Positions 41,225 to 50,858 of a DNA stretch of 64,000 bases are shown piece by piece (positions within the stretch are counted from its first letter, which is position 1; each line of letters begins with the position of its first letter). Source of the stretch: Promethearchaeota archaeon (GTDB taxonomy: Archaea; Asgardarchaeota; Lokiarchaeia; Sigyniarchaeales; SOKP01); the NCBI GenBank assembly GCA_048940925.1, contig JBHLOC010000026.1, positions 1-64,000 on the forward strand, in the 5' to 3' direction. The position numbers and the translations under genes are program-made. Below the pieces are notes generated by a model. The model was not told the DNA's origin and ran no database searches. It saw nothing but the letters and a program-made list of their open reading frames with translations.

Positions 41225-42118
41225 TCAGTTTTCTTTTTTAACACTAAAATTTATTTTATCAGTCATTTTAAAAATGTCTATAAAGCTTGATACATGAATT
41301 GGTAATTGGATTCCATCAAGGGTTTTTATTTCTTCATTAATAAATCTCCAGAGATTTTTTTCATCTTTAGCTATAACTTTTACTAATAAATTATAATCAC
41401 CAGTAGAAGATGCAACTAATTGTATCTCATCATATTTGGAGAGTTTTCTCGCAATATAATCTAATTTTAATGGATCTATAGAGAGACCAAGAATAGCTAT
41501 AGAATCATATCCCACTTTAAAAGGATCCACAAGTGTATCAAATTTTTTTATGATACCTTCTTTTATCATATTCTGTACTCTGTTATGTATGGTACTAGCA
41601 GCCAAATTCACTTTTTTACTTAAATCCTTATAAGAGATTCTATAATTTTCTTGTAATAATTCAAGAATTTCTTTATCTTTATCATCAAATATTTGTTTTA
41701 TATCTTTATCTATTTTCTTTTCAGATTCAATTTTGTGTCGTTCAATAGCATATAAAATTGCTCGTATTAAACTTGAACCATTAAGTTCATCTTTTATTAT
41801 ATAGTCCTGAGCGCCTTTTTGAAGAGATTTTAAAGCAAAATCCTTATCATCTAAACCAGTTAAAATAATTATAGGAATCGTGTTCGTAATATTCAAGACT
41901 TTATCTAATGTAGATTCTCTATCACTATCCGGTAGAGTCAAATCTAATAGAACAATATCTAAAATTTTGCTTTTGAGATGATTTATACTTTCAGAAAGCC
42001 TTTGTTTTGATTCTAAATTAAATTTAAAATCTTCAGAAGATTTTAATAATTCTTCAATGAGACGCACGTCAGCTTTATTATCTTCAATTAATAGTATATT
42101 AATTTTTTTTTTTTCGAT
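41225..42118 (-). CDS. Response regulator receiver domain fused to an Lrp/AsnC transcription factor (probable ATC start at 42118)
   Basis: Upstream frame adds KINILLIEDN; LLDLTLPD, ILTG, GAQDYIIK; then D.KDKEIL..LQ...L.L..STIHNRV..M...GII and an Lrp RAM domain. Confidence 0.88.
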   Translation of the reverse strand: MEKKKINILLIEDNKADVRLIEELLKSSEDFKFNLESKQRLSESINHLKSKILDIVLLDLTLPDSDRESTLDKVLNITNTIPIIILTGLDDKDFALKSLQKGAQDYIIKDELNGSSLIRAILYAIERHKIESEKKIDKDIKQIFDDKDKEILELLQENYRISYKDLSKKVNLAASTIHNRVQNMIKEGIIKKFDTLVDPFKVGYDSIAILGLSIDPLKLDYIARKLSKYDEIQLVASSTGDYNLLVKVIAKDEKNLWRFINEEIKTLDGIQLPIHVSSFIDIFKMTDKINFSVKKEN

Positions 42119-42518
42119 TGTTTTTCACCAATAAATAATTTTTAGGTTTCGAATCGACCTTAAGACATTTTACATTCTTTGTTCCTTATTCTGAATAATA
42201 TTCATTTTAATATTTATAATTTTTTTAAAGGACTTCGAATAAGTTAAACTTTTTTTTTTCTGAACTTTTAATGGAATAGAGTAAGTTAAAATATTTTTAA
42301 AATGATATATTATAAATTGAAATCTCATTTTTTCAATTAATAATATTCATTTCTTTATTCGATAAAATTTATTTTCTATTGGACAATATTCTTAATAATG
42401 AAGAATTTATCCTCAGATAATTAAATGAGAGATCTCAATTTTTATTTTGAATATAAATTTTTAGTTTTTAAGATTTTCTCCTATTCTGCTTCAAAAATTT
42501 AAATAAAAAATTTTTATT

Positions 42519-43598
42519 ATGATTAAGAAAATGCATGAAATGCACTTAAAACTTAAGCAAGAAGGAACGAAAATATTTATTATTTTTATTTTAATAATAA
42601 TTTCATGTTTATTAATTTATTTTTTCGAGATAATATTAAGAACATCACTATTAATAGCACATTTCTTTTATTTTCCTTCGATTTTAGCATGTTTATGGTG
42701 GAAAAGAAAAGGTTTAATTATTCCTATTTTTTTAGCAGTAGTTTTAATTATTTTTAATCTCATCCCTGAAGATGAAATTTTTAATCTAGAAATTCTAAAT
42801 ACTTTTTTGAGAGCAGTCTCATTAATTATAGTTGGAATAGTAGTATCTTTATTATCTGAGCATATTTCAAAAAGAGGATTTGAATTTAATGAAATAATGG
42901 AAGATTTAAAGCGTTCAAATGAGGATTTACAACAGTTTGCCTATGTAGCTTCACATGATCTACAGGAACCTTTAAGAGCAATTGTAAGCTTTTCTCAACT
43001 TTTAGAAGATAGATATAAAGATCAAATAGATAAGGATGGTAAAGAATTCATTCACTTTATTACAGACGGAGCAAAAAAAATGAATACGCTTATTAAGGAT
43101 TTATTAACTTATTCGAGAATCACAACACAACCTAAATCTCCTAAATTAACTAATCTTAAGGATGTTATTCAAGATGCATTATTTAATTTACAAGAATCAA
43201 TTAAACAAAGTGAGGCGATTATAACTTATGATGATATGCCAGTTCTAAAAGTAGATAGAACTCAGTTTATTCAACTATTTCAGAATTTGCTTAGTAATGC
43301 AATAAAATTTCGAAGACAAGAACCACCGAAGATACATATTGGAGTAAAAAGAACTAATAATGAGTGGTTATTTGCAATAAAAGATAATGGAATAGGCATT
43401 GAGTCAAAATATTTTGATAAGCTTTTTAATATTTTTTACCGGTTACATACTAAGGAAGAATATCCAGGTACAGGGATTGGTTTACCTATATGTAAAAAGA
43501 TAGTTCAACGATATGGTGGAAAAATATGGGTAGAATCTGAATTTGGAAAAGGATCAACATTTTACTTTACAATTTTTCAATCAAAAAATAAAGATTAA
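42519..43598 (+). CDS. Membrane sensor histidine kinase (Cph1-like HK core)
   Basis: ~4 TM; FAYVASHDLQEPLR, QLFQNLLSNAIKF, DNGIG, GTGIGL. Confidence 0.93.
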   Translation: MIKKMHEMHLKLKQEGTKIFIIFILIIISCLLIYFFEIILRTSLLIAHFFYFPSILACLWWKRKGLIIPIFLAVVLIIFNLIPEDEIFNLEILNTFLRAVSLIIVGIVVSLLSEHISKRGFEFNEIMEDLKRSNEDLQQFAYVASHDLQEPLRAIVSFSQLLEDRYKDQIDKDGKEFIHFITDGAKKMNTLIKDLLTYSRITTQPKSPKLTNLKDVIQDALFNLQESIKQSEAIITYDDMPVLKVDRTQFIQLFQNLLSNAIKFRRQEPPKIHIGVKRTNNEWLFAIKDNGIGIESKYFDKLFNIFYRLHTKEEYPGTGIGLPICKKIVQRYGGKIWVESEFGKGSTFYFTIFQSKNKD

Positions 43599-43610
43599 AG
43601 GTATAAAATT

Positions 43611-44057
43611 GTGATTCAATACAATAGAGTAAAAGCTAAAATCTTACTTGTAGAAGATAATGCAGCAGATATCCGTCTGACTACAGAAGTTCTACAAAAG
43701 AATAGTATTGTAAGTAAATTAGATGTAGTAAGGGATGGTGTTGAAGCAATAGAATTTTTAAAAAAGCGGGGAAAATATTCTAATGCAAAAAGACCGAATT
43801 TAATTTTATTAGACTTAAACTTGCCAAAAAGAGATGGATTTTACGTATTGGAAGAAATTAAGAATGATGAAGAATTAAAAAAGATTCCAGTTGTAATTTT
43901 AACAGTGTCTGACGCTAGAGAGGATTTGATAAAAGCCTATAATCTCCATGCTAATTGTTATATAATCAAGCCTTTAGAAATGAGGGAATTTTATAAGATT
44001 GTTAATTCAATTGTGAATTTTTGGTTTACTATAGTAAAAAATTTTGAGATTGAATAA
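43611..44057 (+). CDS. Stand-alone response regulator (Rcp1-like)
   Basis: LLVEDN..D, ILLDLNLP, ILT.S, ANCYI.KP. Confidence 0.93.
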   Translation: MIQYNRVKAKILLVEDNAADIRLTTEVLQKNSIVSKLDVVRDGVEAIEFLKKRGKYSNAKRPNLILLDLNLPKRDGFYVLEEIKNDEELKKIPVVILTVSDAREDLIKAYNLHANCYIIKPLEMREFYKIVNSIVNFWFTIVKNFEIE

Positions 44058-44139
44058 TTCGATTATAACATACAAACTCTTTTGAAATTTACCTGTTTTT
44101 CTAAAGAGGAACAAAAATTTTCTTCTATTTTTATGGTTA

Positions 44140-44589
44140 TTAAGCAATTTTTATTGAACTTGTGGATTTATAAACATCTAATAAGTTAGATACATGAATT
44201 TGAGGCTTGATTCCATTTATTGTTTTGATTTTTACATTTATGAAATTCCAGAGCGATTTTTCATCCCTAGCAATTATCTGAGCGATAATATCATGATCTC
44301 CAGTTGAAATCGCAACAAGTTGAGTTTCTTCATAGGAGGCAATCTTATTTGCGATATCATTCATTCTTATTGGATCTACTGAAAGACCTACTATTGCTAT
44401 CGTATTATACCCAATTTTCGCGGGATCTATAGTTGTTGCAAACTGCTTAATTATTTCTTCTTCAATCATCTTTTTTACTCTATTATGAATTGTACTCGCT
44501 GCTAATTTTAGCTTTTCTGCTAATTCTCGATATGAGATCTTATTATTATTTTGTAAAATATTTAAAATTTCCTTATCTTTTTCATCCAT
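44140..44589 (-). CDS. Lrp/AsnC transcriptional regulator (frame extends 45 codons upstream to 44724 with a CPKC motif)
   Basis: MDEKDKEIL..LQ...LA.STIHNRV; paralogous to the C-terminal half of 41225..42118. Confidence 0.9.
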   Translation of the reverse strand: MDEKDKEILNILQNNNKISYRELAEKLKLAASTIHNRVKKMIEEEIIKQFATTIDPAKIGYNTIAIVGLSVDPIRMNDIANKIASYEETQLVAISTGDHDIIAQIIARDEKSLWNFINVKIKTINGIKPQIHVSNLLDVYKSTSSIKIA

Positions 44590-44876
44590 AGAGTGGCAAT
44601 TCCAGGGATAATTTTTACGATCATCATTAAAAATAATTCCATGCTCTATTGAAAATCCATCACATCTGTGATAAATCTTTCTACCTAGCGAATATTCTTC
44701 TCCACACTTAGGACAGGTTACTATAATAATCAGCTCGTTTCTATTGCTTGAAATTTGGAATTTAAAATTAATTTTTATTATTAATCTGAAAAAAATTCAT
44801 TTCAGTCTTTTTATTAATTTGACATTAATTTAGTTTTTCTAATAAAATATATGTGATCTATATTATTTAAATCTAT

Positions 44877-44889
44877 CGAAGATAGTTCG
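44877..44889. promoter_or_regulatory. Operator type 2 upstream of Lrp gene
   Basis: CGAAGATAGTTCG, just upstream of TTTAAATA on the minus strand. Confidence 0.55.
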
Positions 44890-45142
44890 GATATCAAATA
44901 TTATTACCGTATATTATTTACTTTCACTTAGATCCCTCTGTATAATGTTCGATAGATTAAGATAAGAAGTACCTATGATGGTAAAAATGCTTATTTCGCT
45001 AAACTTTAGAAATTATATTCAAATTAATATCTCAGATAATTGATTGATCAACTTAAGATGTTTATTGTATAGATTAACTCTTAATAAAGAACATTTGATA
45101 ATAGAAAATATTAATTTTAAAGAAGTAAGAGTAAAAGTTATT

Positions 45143-46510
45143 TTAGTTAAATTTAGTTTTTAAGAATTTATCTATCACCTTTGCTGTTTTATATCCAGCA
45201 ACTATAGCAGAAATTACTGTAGCAGTCCCTGTGGTTATGTCTCCACCTGCGAAAACATCTTCGATATTTGTCCTCCCAAACTCATCAGTCTCTATATATC
45301 CATCTTTATTTAATTTTAATTCAGGAATAGTTTTTAATAAAATTGAATTAGCATGAGTTCCAATTGCTAGAATAATTGTATCTGCTTTGATTAAGTATTC
45401 AGAATTTTTAATTGGTATTGGTCTACGACGCCCAGATTGATCAGGTTCACATAATCTCATTTTAATAACCTCCATTTCTTTTACTGATTCACTTTCATCT
45501 CCAATAATTCTTATCGGATTTGTTAAGAATTGAAATTTAATTCCTTCTTCTATTGCATGTTGATATTCTTCCTTTCTTGCTGGCATCTCAACCTTACTTC
45601 GTCTATATACTATTATAACTTTTTGAGCACCTAATCTTAAAGCGACTCGGGCAGAATCTAATGCTGAATTTCCACCACCTATAACAACTACAATCTTTCC
45701 AATCTTGATGGGAGTATCATATTCTGGAAATTTATAGGCTTTCATTAAATTAACTCTCGTAAGGAATTCATTAGCAGTAAGAACACCATTTAAATTAGTT
45801 CCGGGAATATTTAAAATGATCGGTAAGCCTGCCCCAATTACTATAAAAAATGCTTTAAATCCCATATCTCTCAAGTCATCAATAGTTAAAGTCTTTCCGA
45901 TAACACAATTATATTTTATTTCAATATTTAGATTTTTTAATGTATTAATCTCATCTTCCACAATTTTTTTTGGTAATCGAAATTCGGGGATTCCATACAT
46001 AAGAACACCACCCCCAGCGTGAAGAGCTTCAAAAATTGTAGTATTATACCCTTTTTTAGCAAGTTTAGTAGCGCAAGCTAAACCAGCTGGACCTGATCCT
46101 ATAATTGCAACTTTTAAATAATTTGATGGTACCAAAGTTGGATTGGCTATTACTAAATTTTCTTTTTCCCAATCCCCAACAAATCTTTCAAGAGCTCCAA
46201 TTGCAATCGACTTTCCATTCTTTCCTAAAATACAAAGTTTTTCACAATGGATTTCTTGAGGGCAAACTCTGCCACATATAGATGGAAAAAAATTATATTC
46301 TTTAAGATGTATTAACGCATTTCTAAAATCATTATCTTTGATATATTTTATAAAACCAGGAATGTCAATATTAATAGGACACCCCAACATACATTTGGGA
46401 TCTTTACACCCAAGACAGCGTTGAGCTTCAAGATTAGCCATTACAGGGGTGTATCCTAAGGAAATTTCATTGAAATTTAAAATCCTTTCACGAATTTCTT
46501 GTGTAACCAT
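45143..46510 (-). CDS. GltD/SudA/NfnB-like NADPH-dependent flavin-Fe-S oxidoreductase
   Basis: EAQRCLGC...C...CP, CGRVCPQE..CE, IIGSGPAGL, YGIPEFRLP, VIGGGNSALD, FAGGDI. Confidence 0.92.
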   Translation of the reverse strand: MVTQEIRERILNFNEISLGYTPVMANLEAQRCLGCKDPKCMLGCPINIDIPGFIKYIKDNDFRNALIHLKEYNFFPSICGRVCPQEIHCEKLCILGKNGKSIAIGALERFVGDWEKENLVIANPTLVPSNYLKVAIIGSGPAGLACATKLAKKGYNTTIFEALHAGGGVLMYGIPEFRLPKKIVEDEINTLKNLNIEIKYNCVIGKTLTIDDLRDMGFKAFFIVIGAGLPIILNIPGTNLNGVLTANEFLTRVNLMKAYKFPEYDTPIKIGKIVVVIGGGNSALDSARVALRLGAQKVIIVYRRSKVEMPARKEEYQHAIEEGIKFQFLTNPIRIIGDESESVKEMEVIKMRLCEPDQSGRRRPIPIKNSEYLIKADTIILAIGTHANSILLKTIPELKLNKDGYIETDEFGRTNIEDVFAGGDITTGTATVISAIVAGYKTAKVIDKFLKTKFN

Positions 46511-46658
46511 TTTTTGTCTTGAAATTTTTTTAAATCCTTGGAACTTAATTGTTCTCTCTTCTCAACTTTAGTCATCGTCTAACTTCTATTATTTTTGCTA
46601 ATGATTTACAATTTAAGTAGAAATTTAATAATCAATATATTCTATATATCTTTTTTAT

Positions 46659-46671
46659 CGAATAAAATTCG
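46659..46671. promoter_or_regulatory. Operator type 2 upstream of the GltD-like gene
   Basis: CGAATAAAATTCG next to BRE/TATA-like AAAAAAGATATATA; second site TGAACAAAGTTCG at 46749..46761. Confidence 0.6.
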
Positions 46672-46995
46672 AATTAATGTTTGTAAAGATTTATTAAATC
46701 GGTTTATATTTACGCTTAATTTAAATTAATCATATTATTTAAACATACTGAACAAAGTTCGGTTAAACATCAATTAAGCTGAATCCAATACTGAGAAATT
46801 AAGAATTGATGAATAAATATGAATTAAAGAAAAATATGTTTAAATTCAGGTTCAATGACGTGCCACGATCCTTGTATATCGTGTGGTACATATTAATTTT
46901 GGTGATAAAATACACTATATAATGATAATAAAACAATACCCCAATTTCAAATTAAATATTTAGTAAGAATATTATTCTCTGTTCCAAAATTATAA

Positions 46996-47184
46996 TTTAA
47001 TTTAACTGAGGAATATTTCTAAAATTGAAGCGCAAAAACAGAATATCTAAATGGTAATTTTTGTGCCCAATTTTGTATTTTATTGATCATGGGAAACTTG
47101 ACTGAAAATGGGTTGAAAATTATTGTCTAATTGGAAATAAAGAGTGTATTAGATATAAGCTTAAAGAAAGTGGAAAGTATCATC
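46996..47184 (+). pseudogene. Right repeat copy: pseudogene of the 38900..39109 Cys-rich gene
   Basis: Same RBS and TTG start (47025) but TAA at codon 11 and a later TGA; truncated after YH. Confidence 0.88.
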
Positions 47185-47289
47185 TATATAATTTTAGCCA
47201 AATTACTAATCTGATTTATTTTTTTACTATAAAAAGAATATAATCTTAAAAAGAAAATTTCAAGATAAATCTATAATCTACAGGAATCA

Positions 47290-47697
47290 TTAATGATGAA
47301 AATGATGGTGTTCGTAGTCATCATCAGCTTCAGTATGAATTTTATCAACCCCATAACCTTTACCTCCTCCTGGAGAACAAAGACTTTCTCCGCCCTCTAA
47401 AGTTCCGTCTAATATTTTTTTGATAACATCATCAATTCTCCCAGTTACACCTACAATTACTTCAATTCCATATTGGTTAAAAAAAGCTTCGGCTCTACGA
47501 CCCATACCTCCCGCAATCAAGCAATTTGCGCCTTGTTGATTTACAAATTGGGGTATACTTCCTACAGAATGTCCAGGATTTGGAAGCACTTTTTTTTCAA
47601 TTACCTTATTATCTTCAATCGTGATAAAAGTAAACTCTGGCGCTCGACCAAAATGAGCACAAACATTTCCTGAATCTGAACTAATAGCTATTTTCAT
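47290..47697 (-). CDS. NifB/NifX family protein with His-rich tail
   Basis: MKIAI...V.AHFGRAP.F, NPGH, IAGGMG.RA, ends EHHHFHH. Confidence 0.9.
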   Translation of the reverse strand: MKIAISSDSGNVCAHFGRAPEFTFITIEDNKVIEKKVLPNPGHSVGSIPQFVNQQGANCLIAGGMGRRAEAFFNQYGIEVIVGVTGRIDDVIKKILDGTLEGGESLCSPGGGKGYGVDKIHTEADDDYEHHHFHH

Positions 47698-47750
47698 TTT
47701 TTTTCAATTTTTTTTTTAATATATATAGGGATTTATAAAATTTAAGTTTA

Positions 47751-47766
47751 ATGAATAATTATTCAT
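47751..47766. promoter_or_regulatory. Operator type 1, perfect palindrome ATGAATAATTATTCAT
   Basis: Between the divergent NifB/NifX and DUF134 genes; 5 nt from TTAAATTT on the minus strand. Confidence 0.8.
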
Positions 47767-47961
47767 AAAACAATTCTATTAATTCTTTCTTCTTTTATTA
47801 TATTTAGAACATTATTAAACAAAAATGAAAAATTAAAATACCTTTAATAAATGATTTTTAATAATTATGAATAACAATTAATAATAAAAATTTAAATGAA
47901 TTCTTATACAAAAGGGTATTAATTGGAGAAATAGTCATTATCATAATTTTGGTGATTTGGT

Positions 47962-48384
47962 ATCGGAAGAAGGAGACATCGAAGATGGGTTACCTATACA
48001 CCTAATAATATTTATTTTTCAAGTGATCCTCCTAAATCAGAAGATTCAGTAATATTAACCGTAGCTGAATTTGAGGCTATGCGACTTAAGCATTTTATAG
48101 GTTTAAATCAGAAAGTAGCTGCTGATAGAATGGGAATTAGTCAACCTACATTTTCTAGAATTCTCGAAAGTGCACATCAAAAAAATACTTTAGCACTACT
48201 TGAGGGAAAACAAATTAAAGTGTATGGGGGTAATGTGGACTACTATAAACCAAGCTTTTTAGGATATGGATGTCAAGATTGTAATTATGAATGGGAAGAT
48301 GAAAATGCATCTAAAGATAGGAAGGTTAATTGTGTTAAATGTAATTCTAATAATGTATATTTTCTAGTAAAAGAGTTTATATAG
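47962..48384 (+). CDS. DUF134-type HTH regulator with C-terminal zinc ribbon (probable ATC start at 47962)
   Basis: (I)GRRRHRRWV...LTVAEFEAMRL....L.Q..AA.RMGISQPTFSRILESA; CQDC...CVKC. Confidence 0.85.
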   Translation: MGRRRHRRWVTYTPNNIYFSSDPPKSEDSVILTVAEFEAMRLKHFIGLNQKVAADRMGISQPTFSRILESAHQKNTLALLEGKQIKVYGGNVDYYKPSFLGYGCQDCNYEWEDENASKDRKVNCVKCNSNNVYFLVKEFI

Positions 48385-48423
48385 TTTTTGAAGCCTTGAA
48401 CCTTAAAAAAGAGAGTAATTAAA

Positions 48424-49389
48424 TTACGATAAAGAGTTATCCCATACTATTTCTTTTAGATTCTTATAAATTTCTTTGATAGCTAAACTTGCTTTAGAAT
48501 CTGGAGCATAATCTATTACTGCTTCAGCAAAAGACATTGCTTTTGGGATTGTTAAATCAAATGGTATTTTTCCTATTATTTTATACTCCGTTTCAATTAT
48601 AAATTTATTAAAATCTTTTTGAAAAGGGCTTTCTAAATCCGCTTTATTAACGAGTACCCCAAAGGGAATATTAAATTGTTCAATGACTTCTATAACTCGA
48701 ACTAGATCATGTAATCCAGAGGGAGTGGGTTCACATATGGTAACCACATAATCTAAATTTGCTACCATCGCAATTACCGGACAACCTATTCCTGGAGGTC
48801 CATCGATTAAAATCAGATTACTCCTGTCAAATTCATCTATGTCTTTTACATATTCTTTAGCATCTGAGACTAATTTTCCCGAAGTGGTGCTCCCTAATCG
48901 AGTTTTCCCATATACCAAGGGGATTCCCAATTTACTTTTATATAAGATTATCTCTCCGCTTTTAACCGGATTTATTTCGAAAGCATGCTGAGGACACAAT
49001 ACTTTACACGCTCCACAACCTTCACATTTCAAATAGTCAATTATGGGAACAGAATTTTGATCGTTCCAATTTAATGCATTAAACTCACAAAAATGATTAT
49101 CAATGCATTCTTTACAATTAATACATTCATCTTCTAAAAATTCTGCTTTCAGAGTAGTAAAAGTATCTTCTTTTTTTATTTTAGATTCATCTTCAGGAGG
49201 GAGAATAATCGCTAAATTTGGTGCATCAACATCACAATCCAACACGATGACTTCCGTCATTGAATCCTTTTTTGCTAGGCTTGCTAATGATGCGGTAATT
49301 GAAGTTTTACCCACTCCTCCTTTGCCTGAAACTATACCCACTATTTTTCTTTCCATATTATTATTCTCCTTCTGCGGATTTTCCATCAA
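48424..49389 (-). CDS. MinD/CobQ-superfamily P-loop ATPase with inserted ferredoxin
   Basis: SGKGGVGKT, DCDVDAPN, CINCKEC, CEGCGAC..CP, DGPPGIGCP. Confidence 0.92.
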   Translation of the reverse strand: MMENPQKENNNMERKIVGIVSGKGGVGKTSITASLASLAKKDSMTEVIVLDCDVDAPNLAIILPPEDESKIKKEDTFTTLKAEFLEDECINCKECIDNHFCEFNALNWNDQNSVPIIDYLKCEGCGACKVLCPQHAFEINPVKSGEIILYKSKLGIPLVYGKTRLGSTTSGKLVSDAKEYVKDIDEFDRSNLILIDGPPGIGCPVIAMVANLDYVVTICEPTPSGLHDLVRVIEVIEQFNIPFGVLVNKADLESPFQKDFNKFIIETEYKIIGKIPFDLTIPKAMSFAEAVIDYAPDSKASLAIKEIYKNLKEIVWDNSLS

Positions 49390-50302
49390 TTTTTAACCAC
49401 ATTTTTAAGTTAATATATATCTCGGTAAATGCAATGAACCCAGGGCCATTCCTGTCAAAATTATTACTTTTATCCATAAGGGGTGTTCCAAGACAGTAAG
49501 AATTCACAATATCCGCATCTAAAGGAATATCACCCAAAATCTCAATGCTTTCATCTTGTAATTCTTTTAAAAATTGATCTCTAAAACCTAATAATGATGA
49601 TCTATTCACTATTACCTTGGAATCCTTTCCCAATAAATTTATCAATTCCATTATCCTTAATAAATCTAGTTTACCAAATTTGGTGGGTTCTGTAATAGGA
49701 ATTGCCACATCTGATGTATCAATCAAAAGTTCGACATCACAATGAGCTCCTGGTGCAGTATCTAAAATGACGATATCGTATTTGTTTGGGGTTTCAGTTA
49801 TAATTTCTTCAAGGTTTTCTACAAGTTCTTCCACTATTCCTGCTGAACGAGCTTCTGAAGGTTTCAATTCACCAAGTATTAGCGACATTCCATTAATTTC
49901 AGTAGAGTATGTCCATCCTATCGTTTTAAAATCAGGTTCAATTGCGTTTTCTGGACATATCTTATAGCATAATCTACAGCCGTTGCAAAGATTTAACATG
50001 GGGATTGGAATTGCATTCTCTATATGTAATAGAGCATGACTTGTACAATTCTGAGCGCATAATCCACATCGAGAACACTTGTCCTCTACAATTTTGGGCA
50101 TGAAAAAAGGAACACTTGTTTTATTCTCAAGTTCTCCCTTTAATAAGAGATATGTATTAGGATTCTCCACATCTCCATCAATAAGAAGTACTTTATATCC
50201 CTCATTTTTGAACATAACAGCGATATTTACAGCGCATAAGGTCTTTCCGGTTCCTCCCTTACCCCCCGTAATACAAATTATTATAGGCTTATTACTACTC
50301 AT
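49361..50302 (-). CDS. MinD/CobQ-superfamily P-loop ATPase with inserted ferredoxin
   Basis: GGKGGTGKT, DGDVENPN, CSRCGLC, CNGCRLC..CP, DTAPG.HC. Confidence 0.92.
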   Translation of the reverse strand: MSSNKPIIICITGGKGGTGKTLCAVNIAVMFKNEGYKVLLIDGDVENPNTYLLLKGELENKTSVPFFMPKIVEDKCSRCGLCAQNCTSHALLHIENAIPIPMLNLCNGCRLCYKICPENAIEPDFKTIGWTYSTEINGMSLILGELKPSEARSAGIVEELVENLEEIITETPNKYDIVILDTAPGAHCDVELLIDTSDVAIPITEPTKFGKLDLLRIMELINLLGKDSKVIVNRSSLLGFRDQFLKELQDESIEILGDIPLDADIVNSYCLGTPLMDKSNNFDRNGPGFIAFTEIYINLKMWLKIDGKSAEGE

Positions 50303-50338
50303 AAGAAAATATTTATTTTTTATTAATTCCTAGCTTTT

Positions 50339-50803
50339 CTAAGGGCGATTTCCGCCACCCATACCACGACCACCGCCCATGCCACGACCACCGCCCATGC
50401 CACGACCACCGCCCATACCATAATGAGATGCTACATTTGAGGTAGTAATTTTTTGTAGTTTTCCTTCTATAAAGAGATTTATAACTTCTTTTATGGACGT
50501 TTGTCTATTGGGGGCTTGAAAAATATCTATATTCAAAGAATTAAGTCCATTTGATGCATTTGGACCTAAAAAGCCTACTATTACCACATTAGCATTATTA
50601 TTCCCAATTATCTGGGTTGCTTGCACACCTGCACCGCCCATCGCATTAGCTGCATGGTTTGGAACAGTCCTTACTGCTGTGATTTCATTATTTTCCAATT
50701 CAACAAATGTAAAACTTGGACATCTTCCAAATCGAGGACTCATATCATCGTTTAAACCGCCTTTTCCCATCGAGGGAATTCCAACAACAACCATTTTTTT
50801 CAA
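50339..50803 (-). CDS. NifB/NifX family (Orange-protein-like) with GMGGGR repeat tail
   Basis: SPRFGRCP.F, N.A....GGAG..A, G..GPNA, NV.SH.GMGGGR. Confidence 0.9.
   Translation of the reverse strand: MKKMVVVGIPSMGKGGLNDDMSPRFGRCPSFTFVELENNEITAVRTVPNHAANAMGGAGVQATQIIGNNNANVVIVGFLGPNASNGLNSLNIDIFQAPNRQTSIKEVINLFIEGKLQKITTSNVASHYGMGGGRGMGGGRGMGGGRGMGGGNRP
50364..50417. repeat. 3 x 18-bp coding tandem repeat (GMGGGR)
   Basis: CCACGACCACCGCCCAT[G/A] x3. Confidence 0.9.
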
Positions 50804-50842
50804 CCTTCTTTTTTAATTGTCAAAACAAAAGTTTTTTAATTT

Positions 50843-50858
50843 ATGAATAATTATTCAT
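50843..50858. promoter_or_regulatory. Operator type 1, perfect palindrome ATGAATAATTATTCAT
   Basis: In the divergent intergenic region between the NifB/NifX-ATPase operon and the mrp operon. Confidence 0.8.

Noticed and set aside
46855-46895. ATGA-preceded hairpin (GTGCCACGAT...ATCGTGTGGTAC) as a possible SECIS element
   Set aside because: It lacks the 3' GA of the kink-turn core and no UGA-interrupted gene is nearby; the Hdr/Mvh genes here encode Cys at the usual Sec positions
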